Assembly: GCA_963733905.1 (NCBI GenBank) | Contig: CAVTEU010000003.1 | Coordinates: forward strand, 910-64,909 | Length of the DNA: 64,000 nucleotides | Direction of reading: 5' to 3' | From: an uncultured Actinomycetes bacterium | GTDB taxonomy: Bacteria; Actinomycetota; Acidimicrobiia; Spongiisociales; DATADW01 | In this document: in pieces, positions 53,614 to 63,896 of the stretch | Numbering within the stretch: the first letter of the stretch is position 1 | Layout: every line of letters starts with the position of its first letter | Program-made: the position numbers and the translations under genes | The notes under the pieces: model-generated | What the model was told of the DNA's origin: nothing | The model's database searches: none | The model's input: the letters and a program-made list of their open reading frames with translations, nothing else

Positions 53614-54780
53614 CGTTCCTCCAGGAGCCACAGCGACGCCGAGTTCGGACGGAGGGTGACGTTGACCACGCGGCGTCAGTTCGGAGTTGAGTCCAATCAG
53701 ATCGACCTCGTTGCGAAGGCTGGCGGTGAACCCCTCCACCACCATCTGGGCGTCGTACCTCGACCGGGAGAAGCGCCGGTCAACCCACCCCTGCACCCGC
53801 CGTCGCACCGGTGTGAACAGCGCGGCAGCGGCGAGCGTGGCCGCGGCAACCGCAAGCGGGTTCTCGCTTCCCACCAGGGCGCCCAAGGCGGCGACGCCAC
53901 CCAGGTACACCGCAGCCAGCGCCACCACCACAACGGCGTAGGTGACGGTGCGGTTGACGATCCGGTCTATCTCGTACAGCCGATAGCGGAAGACGGCGAT
54001 CCCGATCGCGACAGGGAGCGAGAGATAGGCCGCGCCGTAGAGGATGCTTTCGAGGGTCTCGTTGAGCTCGAGCAGGTCGAGGGCGGTGACCACCAGGATG
54101 AACACAGCCGCGGCGTAGAGCAGCCACCCGATCTGTCGGCGCTCCAGCCCGTCAGAGCGGATGAATCGCACGATGAGAGCGATTACCGAGACCACGGCGA
54201 GAACGAGGAATCCGTCCAGGAGAAGGGGACCAATCGCCAGGCCCACCTCGACCAGCGCCGGTATGCCGATCGGGTTGACGAAGCCGGGTTCCACTTGCCC
54301 GAAGGCGCTCAGGACCACGAGCAGCCCGGCGGCGGCTGCGGTTACACGCACCACCCAGCGCCAGCCGGTGCTTGGCGGCCGGCCAGTCGGATACAGCAGG
54401 AACAGCAGTGGGATCATGGCCAGCCCGGCGTTCCAACCCCAGACGGCAAACCACTGGCCGATCGCGGCCCCCGGGCCACCGGTCATCGCCCAAGTCGCCC
54501 CTGCGGCGGTCAGTGATACAACGAGCCCGTCGAGCAACATGAGCCAACCCACCGGGTTCCCCCGCCGCAGCACGATCAGGGCCCCCACGGTGCTGAGCGC
54601 AACGAAGGCGATCCCAATGGTGATCCCCTCGACGTCTGGGGACTCGCCCGACGACTGCAAGACCACAGCGACGACAAAGCTGGCTACGGCCAGGGCGAGG
54701 CAGACCATCGCCAGTAGCCGAAGCGGGCGCGACGGGATAGCCCACTCCCTCTCCGTCATCTCTTCACCGCGCCGTACCAC
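53610..54780 (-). CDS. array paralog P1 (first gene of the operon); one apparent frameshift near the C-terminus
   Basis: GTG 54780 with AGGAGA SD (alternative ATG 54759). First half of ORF 52465..54780: ...LLFLLYPTGRPPSTGWRWVV...VRFIRSDGLERRQIGWLLYAA...AVFRYRLYEIDRIVNRTVTYAVV...NPLAVAAATLAAAALFTPVRRRVQGWVDRRFSRSRYDAQMVVEGFTASLRNEVDLIGLNSELT. The true end ...VVNVTLRPNSASLWLLEER is in the adjacent frame. Confidence 0.8.
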
Positions 54781-54821
54781 TCGATCTCCTGGCTGCGGTC
54801 AGCGTCAGGGTCCCCTACTCC

Positions 54822-54840
54822 CGTGACGGTGCCGTTACGA
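54822..54840. promoter_or_regulatory. CGTGACGG-N3-CGTTACG element 42-60 nt upstream of the array's first gene (half-sites CGTNACG in 11-nt phasing)
   Basis: cgtgacggtgccgttacga, matching cgtgacggcatcgttacgg at 39029-39047 (15/19). A related cgttacg...cgtcacg pair lies at 55056-55100 beside the divergent regulator's start. Confidence 0.4.
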
Positions 54841-55074
54841 CAATCAGGCCCAAGACCGACCGGCCCGGGCCCGTGATCGTTGAAATGTCGTGCAGAGAGC
54901 GCCGGACTCTTGCGTTGGTACTTGAGCCGAGGCGCTCCCAAGGGATCATCGGCATCGGGGACGAAGCAAATGAAGGGCCTAGTTGCCGCCACTGCCGGGA
55001 TCAGCCCAGGTCGACCGACCGCCGCAATGATCACGCCCCGAAATATCGGGCCATCGTTACGATCTCGGCTCGGG

Positions 55075-57918
55075 ATGGGAGATCGTCACGCCGCCGGCCA
55101 AGACTCCGTTGCCCTGCGGGTGCATCTGCTGGGACCGCCCGACATCCTGGTCGACGGCCACCCCATGAAGGTCGACACGCGGAAGGCGGTGGCTCTGCTC
55201 GCTTACCTCGCCGTCACCGGCACCCCGCACAACCGCGATGTCCTTGCGACCCTGCTCTGGCCGGGGGACGATCCTGACCGGGCGAGGGGCAGCCTGCGCC
55301 GCACCCTCTCCACCTTGCGGTCGGCGCTAGCCGACCGATGGGTCCGCGCCGACCGGGAGTGGGTCGCGTTCGAGCCGAACAACGAGGTGTTCGTAGACCT
55401 CGATTCCGTCCGGGATCGCATCGCTGATATCGGGGACCACGGCCACCCCGAGCGCGAGGTTTGCGCCCTATGCGTGCCGATCCTGACCTATGCGGCCAAT
55501 CAACACCGTGGCGACTTCCTCGCCGGGTTCTCCCTGCGCGACAGCCCGGATTGGGATGATTGGCAGTCGGCCCAAGCGGAGATGCGCCGACGGACTCTCG
55601 CCGACATACTGGAGCGGCTCGCCATCGGCCAGGCCGCCGCTGGGATGTACCGGCAGGCGATCGACACTGCGGAGCGCTGGCTCTCGCTCGATCCGCTGGA
55701 CGAGGCGGCACACCGTCAATTGATGCTGCTATATGCCTGGGCGGCGGATCGCGCCTCGGCCTTGGAGCAATATCTCAAGGCGGTCCGCATCCTCGACGAA
55801 GAGCTGGGGGTTGCGCCGCTGCCCGAGACCACCGAGCTCAACGACGCCATCCTCGAAGACGACATCCCCCCGGCTCCATCGGCGGGACGACGGGTGATAG
55901 CCGCTCCCGAGAGACCTCGCTTCCCGCTCGGGCCTCCGGTGATTCCGTTGGTGGGGAGAGAATCGGATCTAGCCGTCCTTACCGCGGCCATGCGGTCTGG
56001 TGCGGTCCTCGCCATCGAGGGAGAGGCCGGCATTGGCAAGACAAGGCTCCTCGAAGAGCTCGTCAACAGAATCGACGAACCCGTCGTCGTCCAGGCATAC
56101 GAGGGCGAATCGGGGCTGGCATACGGCTTGATCCATGAGGCGATCGACAAGTGCCCTCCGCGCCGGGGGTGACGAGCGACTCGCCGCGGTCTCGCCCGAT
56201 GCCCTCGGCCAAGCGGCGCGCCTCTTCCCCGACCTCGCGCCTGGGCCACTGCCCCCGCTCGACACCGACGCCGCCGCCGCCCGCACCCGGTTGTTCGACG
56301 GCGTGTGCCGGACCCTCGCCGCTCTCTGCGAGGCAAGTGTGCTGGTGATCGACGACGTGCATTGGGCGGACGAAGCCTCGATCGAACTTCTCTCCTATCT
56401 CATCAGGCGGCTTGACCGGCTTGGGATGACACTCGTGGTCACCTGGCGAACCGAGGAGTTCCCCCCCGGCCACGGGCTGCGGAGGGTGGTGAGTGCCGCC
56501 CACCGTCAGGGCGATGGTGTGCTGATCAAGCTCGACCGGCTCGATGCGTCGGCGGTGGGGCACCTCGCAAGCAGCGGTGCTCGGTGATGACGCCGACCCA
56601 GAGGTCGTGGATGTCGTTTTCGCCGAGACCGAAGGGCTCCCGTTTTTCGTCGTCGAGTACCTCACCTCGATCAAGGAAGGTCGGCCGGAATCTGCTGACG
56701 TGCCCGACCTCCTCGAGTCGAGGCTGGCCGGGCTGAGCGACATCGCGCGACAGGTTGCCTCGGCCGCGGCGGTGATCGGTCGATCCTTCGATGTCGAGTC
56801 TGTTAGGTCCGTGTGCGGGCGGAGCGACGACGAGGTGGTAGCAGCCCTCGAGGAGTTGGTGCAGCACGGTGTGGTGAGGGAGCCGAGCGGTGGTGTCACC
56901 GGTTACGACTTCTCGCACGAACTGCTCAGGCGACATGTGCTCGAATCGACCTCGCTGGCGAGACGACGCCTGCTCCACCAACGGACCGCGGCCGTGCTGG
57001 CAGGACGACATCGCCGCGACCCAGGGGCGATGGCGGCGCAGATCGGCTTCCATCTCGAAGCGGCAGGCAACGACCAGGAGGCGGCGGATCAATACGCCAT
57101 GGCGGCGGGGCGTGCCGCCGCGCTGTACGCCAACCGCGAAGCCCTCGATCTCTACCAGCGGTCGCTGGCATTGGGGAATCGAGACCCGGCGATGCTCCAC
57201 ATCGCTATCGGCGACCTCGAGGCCTTGGCGGGTGCTTACGGGTCGGCGGTCGGCTCGTACCAGACGGCGCTCGCTTTGGGGGGTCCGTCACCACAGGTCG
57301 AGCGGAGGCTCGCTCAGGTCTACTCCTACCTCGGCGCCTGGGAGGTGGCGGAAGCCCACATCCTGGAGGCACAGCGCCAAATGGCCGCCGGACGACCCCG
57401 AACGGATGACGGTGGCGGTGGATCATGCGCTGATCGCCCATCGGAGCGGCGATGACGAGCGTGCTGCGCAACTAGCCGGCGCCGCTTTGGAGGCGGCTGA
57501 CGCCACTGCGGATCCCGGCGGCCGTGCACGGGTCAACAACCTGCTCGGGATCCTCCGCCGGTCGGAGGACCCGGAGGCCGCACTCGACCACCTCGCCACC
57601 GCCCGGAGACTGGCGGCAGAGACGGATGACCCCAGGCTGCTGGCGGGCGTCCTCAACAACCTGGCGCTCGCCTATCTCGCCGAGGGTGAATTCGAGAAGG
57701 GCATCTCTGCGGCGGAGGAGGCGCTCGATGTCTACCAACGGACCGGTGACCGCCACCGGGCGGCGGCGGTCCACAACAATCTCGCCGACCTACTCCACAG
57801 GGCAGGGAGAGGTGAAGAGGCGATGGCCCACCTCAAGGAGGCGGTCGCAATCTTCGCCGAGGTGGGGACCGAGCCGGGAGCCTTCGAGCCGGCGGTGTGG
57901 AAACTCGCCGAGCTCTAA
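55075..57918 (+). CDS. AfsR-like regulator: SARP wHTH plus BTAD, NB-ARC/AAA P-loop ATPase, TPR repeats; at least 3 apparent frameshifts (about 56150, 56570, 56900)
   Basis: 54880..56172 gives RVHLLGPPDILVDGHPMKVDTRKAVALLAYLAV...LRRTLSTLRSAL (OmpR-type wHTH), BTAD (LMLLYAWAADRASALEQYLKAVRILDEELGVAPLPETTELNDAIL) and Walker A GEAGIGKTRLLEEL. The frames 56135..56587, 56544..57455 and 56890..57918 carry TPR-like repeats. The start is uncertain (ATG 55075 or GTG 55120). Confidence 0.7.
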
Positions 57919-57975
57919 ACCCCGTTTTGGCGTCACCAAACGCGGTCCTGGCCCCAGAAGTGACGCCAAAACCGA

Positions 57976-58257
57976 TCATTTGCCGCTTCTGAGGGCGCTC
58001 ATCAGTTCCTTCTTGTTCATCGAGGAACGACCCGGGACCCCGACCTTCTTGGCGCGGGCGTAAAGCTCGTCCTTGGTCATGTCGTCGTAGTTCTTGGCCT
58101 TGCCGCCGCGCTTGCCGGCCACTGATGCAGGCGTGTTGGCGATCCGGGCGGCCTTCTTCTTGCTCATTCCCTGCTCGCGCAGAGCCTCGTACCGCCGGTC
58201 ATCCTGGATCGTCGGCCCGTGGTTCTTGGCCTTGCGCTTGCCTTTGCCCTTGGGCAT
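57976..58257 (-). CDS. small basic protein with C-terminal Rho_N/SAP-like helix-hairpin domain
   Basis: ATG 58257 with AGGAGG SD. MPKGKGKRKAKNHGPTIQDDRRYEALREQGMSKKKAARIANTPASVAGKRGGKAKNYDDMTKDELYARAKKVGVPGRSSMNKKELMSALRSGK. Confidence 0.65.
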   Translation of the reverse strand: MPKGKGKRKAKNHGPTIQDDRRYEALREQGMSKKKAARIANTPASVAGKRGGKAKNYDDMTKDELYARAKKVGVPGRSSMNKKELMSALRSGK

Positions 58258-58306
58258 TCGGTCACCTCCTTGTGGTGCCCTGGCCAGATACCCCCCACCG
58301 GTCCGG

Positions 58307-58796
58307 GTCAATCCTCGGATGGACTCAGCAGATCCAGGGCTCGGGATGCGGCTAGCCCGGGCGCCACCTCGGCGTCGGGCCATACCTCGACCAGCGGCAC
58401 AAGCACGAAGCGACGCTCGGCATGCTCGGGGGTGGGGAAGGGTCAGCTCGGCGGTGTCGCGCCGCATCCCCTCCATGACGATCAGGTCGAGATCGAGGGT
58501 GCGAGGACCCCACCTCTCCGACCCTCACCCTGCCGTGGTCGTCCTCGATGCGGTGCAGCCCGGCAAGAAGCTCCTCGGGTCCCAGCGCGGTGTCGATCAA
58601 GACCACAGCGTTGAGGAAGTCGCCCTGCTCGGGGCCGCCCACGGGAGCCGTCTCGTGGAATCCGGAAACGGCCACCACATCACCCAGTTGCGCTATCGCG
58701 GCAATTGCCGAATGGAGCGTCGCGGTCCGGTCACCGAGATTCGACCCGAGAGCCACGGCAGCGCGTGTCAGCGCCACCGCCTGACCGTCACCGAGA
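58307..58796 (-). CDS. folK: 2-amino-4-hydroxy-6-hydroxymethyldihydropteridine diphosphokinase (HPPK); 2 apparent frameshifts
   Basis: AVALGSNLGDRTATLHSAIAAIAQLGDVVAVSGFHETAPVGGPEQGDFLNAVVLIDTAL...LHRIEDDHGRVR, then (frame change) ERWGPRTLDLDLIVMEGMRRDTAELTLPHPRA, then (frame change) HAERRFVLVPLVEVWPDAEV... The start and end are approximate. Confidence 0.75.
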
Positions 58797-59140
58797 CGTC
58801 GTCGAACGGCACCGCAATCGGCGCCTGCGGCTTGTGGACCGTCACTTCCACGGCGCGCACTCGCTCGTCGTCCAACACCAGCCTCGCCACGCGCTCTGCG
58901 ACCCGTTCCAGCAGGTTCCACCGTTCGGTGGCGACCAGGTCGTGGACCCTCTGAGCCAAGTGCCCCGTAGTCGACGGTGTCCTCCAATCGGTCGCTCTCC
59001 CCCGCTGCCGACAGGTCTATCTGAGCGACGACATCGACCACGAACTCCTGACCCTTCTCCTGCTCTTCCGGGTAAACCCCGTGGTGGGCACGCACGCTGA
59101 TCCCGGTGAGGCGGATCTCGTCCTTGGAACTCGTCGCCAT
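58768..59140 (-). CDS. folB: dihydroneopterin aldolase; one apparent frameshift
   Basis: MATSSKDEIRLTGISVRAHHGVYPEEQEKGQEFVVDVVAQIDLSAAGESDRLEDTVDYGAL..., with the C-terminus LLERVAERVARLVLDDERVRAVEVTVHKPQAPIAVPFDDVSVTVRR in 58768..58959. Confidence 0.8.
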
Positions 59141-59149
59141 CGCGGCGAC

Positions 59150-59640
59150 GGTTGCCGCGCCGGCACGCTGCGTGCGGGTGGCTGTCTCCGGTGGAGGCTC
59201 TCCGACCAACGTCGACGACCTTCTCCCGCACCGTCGCCAGATCGGCCCCCGACGCCACCAGGATCTGCGCCCCGACACCCTCGCCCCTCGCGGAGCATCC
59301 CGAGGAGGATGTGCTCGGGCCCGATGTGCTTGTGCTTCAGCTGCATCGCCTCCCGCAGCGAAAGCTCCAGCACCTTCTTGGTTCGGGGGGTCATCTTGAC
59401 CAGCACATGGCCCTCGGTCCCGCCGGGCTCGCCTCTGCCGATGATCTCGACCACCTGCTGGCGAGCGGTCTCCTGCTCGATCCCCAGATCACGGAGCACG
59501 CTCCCGGCAACGCCCTCCTGGTCGGCGATCAACCCGAGCATCAGGTGCTCGGTCCCGATGTAGCCGTGGTCGAGCAGACGCGCTTCCTCTTGGGCGAGGA
59601 CAACAACTCGTCTGGCTTGCTGGGTGAAGCGTTCGAACAT
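59150..59640 (-). CDS. Clp_N (ClpC N-terminal repeat) domain protein; C-terminal frameshift
   Basis: [71 protein letters not shown]...[32 protein letters not shown], then ASGADLATVREKVVDV in frame 58842..59258. The 3' end is approximate. Confidence 0.7.
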
Positions 59641-60122
59641 CAGGTGGGCTCGGGAGTCGGGATCAGAGCCCGACCCTCCGGCCCGAGCGGCCGGCCGATG
59701 ATCTCCTGGATCACCGCAGCCGCCATCACCTGATTGTCGAGCAGGTCCGAGTGCACCAGATACCCGCCGAGGATCCCGGCCACCGTGTCGTCGATGCCGT
59801 CACGATGGACCAACACGACCTCGCTCGACTCGGAAAGCACACCGTCGAGGACCTCGAAGACATCCTCCGTGTCCTTGGGCAGGGCGATCCCGATCACCGG
59901 GACCTCGTGGACCTGAAACCCCGCTTGTTGGTAGGCGGCGACGTTCTGGCCACCAGAAAGAAGCGAGACGATCGTCGTGACGCCGGCCTCCTTGGCCAGC
60001 CACACCAGTTCCTCTTCGCGCCGCACCCGACGGTGCTGCACACCGGTGCCGCCGATCCTCTCGCAGGTAGCGAGACGGCCTGAGATGACCCAGACGAAAC
60101 CCCTAGGTTTGAGCCCAGTCAC
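59640..60122 (-). CDS. hypothetical protein, possibly phosphatase-fold (degenerate HCxxGxxR-like VHRDGIDDT); function unknown
   Basis: 160-aa intact ORF: GVTTIVSLLSGGQNVAAYQQAGFQVHEVPVID...EVVLVHRDGIDDTVAGILGGYLV. Its stop abuts the start of the Clp_N gene. Confidence 0.4.
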   Translation of the reverse strand: MTGLKPRGFVWVISGRLATCERIGGTGVQHRRVRREEELVWLAKEAGVTTIVSLLSGGQNVAAYQQAGFQVHEVPVIGIALPKDTEDVFEVLDGVLSESSEVVLVHRDGIDDTVAGILGGYLVHSDLLDNQVMAAAVIQEIIGRPLGPEGRALIPTPEPT

Positions 60123-60125
60123 CGT

Positions 60126-60947
60126 TCACCCGCCGTCCTCGCCGTGCGGCACCATAGCGAACACCAGCGCCGCGGCTTGGCGTGCGGACGGGACATCGTG
60201 GACCCTCACGAGTGCCGCACCCCGCTCCGCCGCCAGCGCAACCGTGACCGCGGTGGCCACATCCCGTCCTTCTGGATCGGGTAGGTCGAGCAGTCGACCT
60301 AGGAACGACTTTCGTGATGTCCCCACCATCACCGGGAAGCCGCACGATGCGAGTTCACCGAGACGCGCCAAGAGCTCGAGGTTGTGGTCGCCAGTCTTCC
60401 CAAAGCCGATGCCCGGGTCGATACAGATCCTCTCGGCGTCGACACCGGCTGCCATGGCGGCGTTTGCCCGCGTCAGGAGATGGCGACGCACCTCTCCGAC
60501 CACATCTGTGTAGTTGGCAGCGAGATGCATGGTCCGGGGATCACCCGGCATGTGCATGACCACCAGCGACGAACCGCTCTCCGCAACGGTTGCGGCCATG
60601 TCGGGGTCGGACAACCCGGTGACGTCGTTCACCGCCAGCGCACCGGCATCGAGCGCCGCTCCGGCCACCGATGCTTTCCCGGTGTCGATCGAGACGGCGA
60701 CACCTGCCTCGGCAAGCCGCGCCACCACCGGCTCGACCCGCCTCAGCTCCTCGGCCGGATCGACCGGATCGGCGCCGGGGCGGGTCGATTCGCCCCCCAC
60801 GTCGACCAGGTCGGCGCCCTGGCGCCACAGCTCGAGACCGCGACGCACCGCCGAGTCGGGATCGGCATAGCGGCCGCCGTCGGAGAACGAGTCGGGGGTG
60901 ACGTTGAGTATCCCCATGACGGCCACCCGCCCGGCATCGCCGAGCAT
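60126..60947 (-). CDS. folP: dihydropteroate synthase
   Basis: VAVMGILNVTPDSFSDGG...DVGGESTRPGA...VSIDTGKA...NDVTG...IDPGIGFGKT. The start is chosen at MLGDAG (60947); the ORF could extend to 61037 and abut folE. Confidence 0.85.
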   Translation of the reverse strand: MLGDAGRVAVMGILNVTPDSFSDGGRYADPDSAVRRGLELWRQGADLVDVGGESTRPGADPVDPAEELRRVEPVVARLAEAGVAVSIDTGKASVAGAALDAGALAVNDVTGLSDPDMAATVAESGSSLVVMHMPGDPRTMHLAANYTDVVGEVRRHLLTRANAAMAAGVDAERICIDPGIGFGKTGDHNLELLARLGELASCGFPVMVGTSRKSFLGRLLDLPDPEGRDVATAVTVALAAERGAALVRVHDVPSARQAAALVFAMVPHGEDGG

Positions 60948-61037
60948 CCGTTCCCCGACCCGCCATGGCTCGTGAGTCGTACCAATTCGGGCTACGGCTG
61001 GACTCCGGTCATCACCGGACGAGCCGCCCGCGGACAC

Positions 61038-61625
61038 TCACCGCCCGCCGTTGAGCAGCGCGAAGGCCTCGGCGCGGGTGGAGGAGCTGTCGGCGAAGAT
61101 GCCCCGCACCGCCGAGGTGACAGTCATGGCCCCAGGCTTGCGCACCCCGCGCATGCTCATGCACAGATGCTCGGCCTCGACCACGACCAACACCCCATGA
61201 GGCTCGAGAACGTCCATCAATGTGTCCGCTACCTGGGCGGTGAGCCGCTCCTGCATCTGCGGACGACGGGCGTAGACGTCGACGAGACGGGCGAGCTTTG
61301 ACAGCCCGGTGACCCGGCCCTTGGGCAGATAGGCGACGTGCGCCCGACCGTGAAACGGCACCAGGTGGTGCTCGCAGCACGAATAGAAGGGGATGTCGCG
61401 GACCATCACGATCTCCTCGTGATGCTCCTCGCCAAAGAAGGCGTCGACCACCTCGTCCGGGTCCTCCTGGAGACCGGAGAAGATCTCGGCATAGAGCCGA
61501 GCCACCCGCTCGGGCGTTTCCACTAGACCCTCGCGCCCAGGGTCCTCACCGATCGCCTTGAGTATCTGCCGAACTGCGTCGGCAATGGCGGTCTGGTCGA
61601 TCTGCCCCGGCTCGCCCGGGTCCAT
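61038..61625 (-). CDS. folE: GTP cyclohydrolase I
   Basis: [20 protein letters not shown]...[22 protein letters not shown]...RPQMQERLT...; intact, 195 aa. Confidence 0.9.
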   Translation of the reverse strand: MDPGEPGQIDQTAIADAVRQILKAIGEDPGREGLVETPERVARLYAEIFSGLQEDPDEVVDAFFGEEHHEEIVMVRDIPFYSCCEHHLVPFHGRAHVAYLPKGRVTGLSKLARLVDVYARRPQMQERLTAQVADTLMDVLEPHGVLVVVEAEHLCMSMRGVRKPGAMTVTSAVRGIFADSSSTRAEAFALLNGGR

Positions 61626-61626
61626 G

Positions 61627-63550
61627 TCAGGTGCTGGGTAGGGCCTCGTGGGTGGCGGAGGTGGCGGCTGCCACCCCGTTTACCGCGGCCCTCCCGTTGG
61701 GGTGCTGGATGCGGATGGCGCCGTTGGGGGCGTGCTCCCACTTGGGGACGTCGGCGAAGATCTTCCCAACCTCCTTGGCGTCCACGGTCTCCTTCTCCAA
61801 GCAGCACCTTGACCATCCGCTCCATGGCGTCCTGATGGGTCTCGATGATCTCGCGCGCCTCCTCGTGGGCCTGCCCGATGAGCCGGCGCACCTCCTCGTC
61901 GATATGGGCGGCAACCTCGTCGGAGTAATCCGGCTGGCGGCCGTAGTCACGCCCCAGGAACACCTCACCCGAGGGGCGTCCGTACTGCATCGGTCCGAGC
62001 CGGTCGCTCATCCCGTACTCCATCACCATCCGCCGGGCGATCTCGGTCGCCTTCTCGATGTCGTTGGCCGCGCCCGTGGTCGGGTCGGTGAAGATCCGCT
62101 CCTCGGCGGTGCGGCCGCCGAGCAGCATGGCGAGCTGATCCACCAACTCGCTCCGCCGCATCAGGTACTTGTCCTGGGTGGGGAGCGCCAAGGTGTGCCC
62201 AAGCGAACGACCACGGGAGACGATGGTGATCTTGTGTAGCGGGTCGGCGTTGGGCAGTGCCCAACCCACGAGGGCGTGACCGGTCTCGTGGTAGGCGATG
62301 ACCAGCTTCTCCTCGTCCGAGATGATCCTGCTCTTGCGCTCGGGCCCGGCGATTACCCGGTCGATCGCCTCTTCCATCTCGGGCATCCCGATCTGCTGCT
62401 TGTTGCGCCTGGCGGCGAGCAGGGCGGACTCGTTGATGAGGTTGGCCAGGTCGGCTCCGGTGAAGCCCGGGGTCTGGCGGGCCAGCACCTCGAGCTCGAT
62501 GCCCTCCTCGAGCGGCTTGCCCCGGGAGTGGACCCCGAGGATGGCGACCCTTCCGACCAGATCGGGGCGATCGACGACGATCTGGCGGTCGAACCGTCCC
62601 GGACGGAGAAGTGCCGGGTCGAGGATGTCGGGCCGGTTGGTGCCGGCGATGACGATCACACCGGTCTGCGCCTCGAACCCGTCCAACTCGACCAGCAACT
62701 GGTTGAGGGTCTGCTCCCGCTCGTCGTGGCCGCCACCGAGACCGGCACCGCGATGACGGCCGACGGCGTCGATCTCATCGATGAACACGATCGCCGGGGC
62801 GTTGTTCTTGGCCTGCTCGAAGAGGTCGCGTACCCGGGCAGCGCCAACACCGACGAACATCTCGACGAAGTCGGACCCGGAGATGGAGAAGAAGGGGACG
62901 CCGGCTTCGCCGGCCACCGCCCTGGCGAGCAGCGTCTTTCCCGTCCCCGGTGGGCCGAAGAGGAGGACTCCCTTGGGGATCTTGGCGCCCATGGCGCGGA
63001 ACTTGTCCGGGTGCTGGAGGAACTCCTTGATCTCCTCGAGCTCCTCGATCGCCTCATCCAGACCGGCGACGTCCTTGAAGGTGACCTTTGGGGTGTCCTT
63101 GGTGATCTGGCGGGCCTTCGCCTTGCCAAATTGCATCACCCGGTTCCCCGAGCCCTGCATCTGCATGAAGATGAAGATCATGAACCCGATGAGGAACAGC
63201 CAGGGGAGGAAGTTGATCAGGATGTCGAGCAGTCCCGGGGGTTCGGCGTCGGTCTCAAACTCCACGCCGCCGGCTAGAAGCTGGTCGACCAACGGTTCCT
63301 GGTATCCGTCCGGGTAACGGACCATGAAGTCGTAGTCGTCTCCGGCGGTGTCTTCGTACTGTCCCTTCACCACCTGGGACCGCTCGAAGATGGTCGCCGA
63401 GACGACATCGCCCTCCTCGACCGCGGTGAAGAACTCATCGAGCCCGATCTCGTCCGGCTCGACGGCATTGCTGAACCATTGCTGGCCGACCACGGCGATC
63501 ATGAGGATGGCCAGCCCGTAAATGAGGATGGTGCGAAGCGTCCGGTTCAC
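61627..63550 (-). CDS. ftsH: ATP-dependent zinc metalloprotease FtsH; apparent C-terminal frameshift about 61810
   Basis: GTG 63550 with AAGGGAG SD. Two TM helices, [29 protein letters not shown] (Walker B), second region of homology, HETGHAL (HExxH). The C-terminal tail ...[30 protein letters not shown] is in 61627..61968. Confidence 0.9.
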
Positions 63551-63652
63551 CGTTCTCCCTTTGGGACCAGGACACGAGCGTGCGTCGAAAAGCTATCACG
63601 CCACGTCCGGCAGGTTTCGTTGCCGATCATCGTATGGCAAGTACGGAGCTAT

Positions 63653-63829
63653 GCAGCGGCAGCAGCCGCTGCTGCAGTACTTGGCAGACGGCAGACTACT
63701 CCGCGTGTCTAGTCCCCGGAGGGAGGGGCGCGATCTCGGGAGTCGAAGCCACCTCGATTGGGGGTGCCCGAGGGGGTGGCTCCTGCCAGCCCCCTCGGCC
63801 CTGGTCGGGCTGGCGTGTACAGCCCGACC
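63653..63829. other. cluster of GC-rich perfect hairpins in the hpt-ftsH intergenic region (GCAGCGGC-agca-GCCGCTGC at 63653-63672; GGTCGGGCTG-gcgtgta-CAGCCCGACC at 63803-63829; imperfect 12-bp stem at about 63760-63792)
   Basis: Palindromes read directly from the sequence. Position fits an hpt terminator and/or ftsH leader structure on the minus strand. No U-tract follows. Confidence 0.4.
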
Positions 63830-63896
63830 AGCATCGGTGAGCGCGGCCGAAGGCCGCACGCCTCGAACTACCCGGCGGCCTGCCGCCGGGTAAGCG

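Noticed and set aside
49251-54780. 670-aa and 771-aa ORFs that look like double-length membrane proteins
   Set aside because: Each is two adjacent paralogs (P4+P5; P1+P2) joined because an indel removed the stop of the upstream copy. The ATGA stop/start overlap is visible in the adjacent frame.
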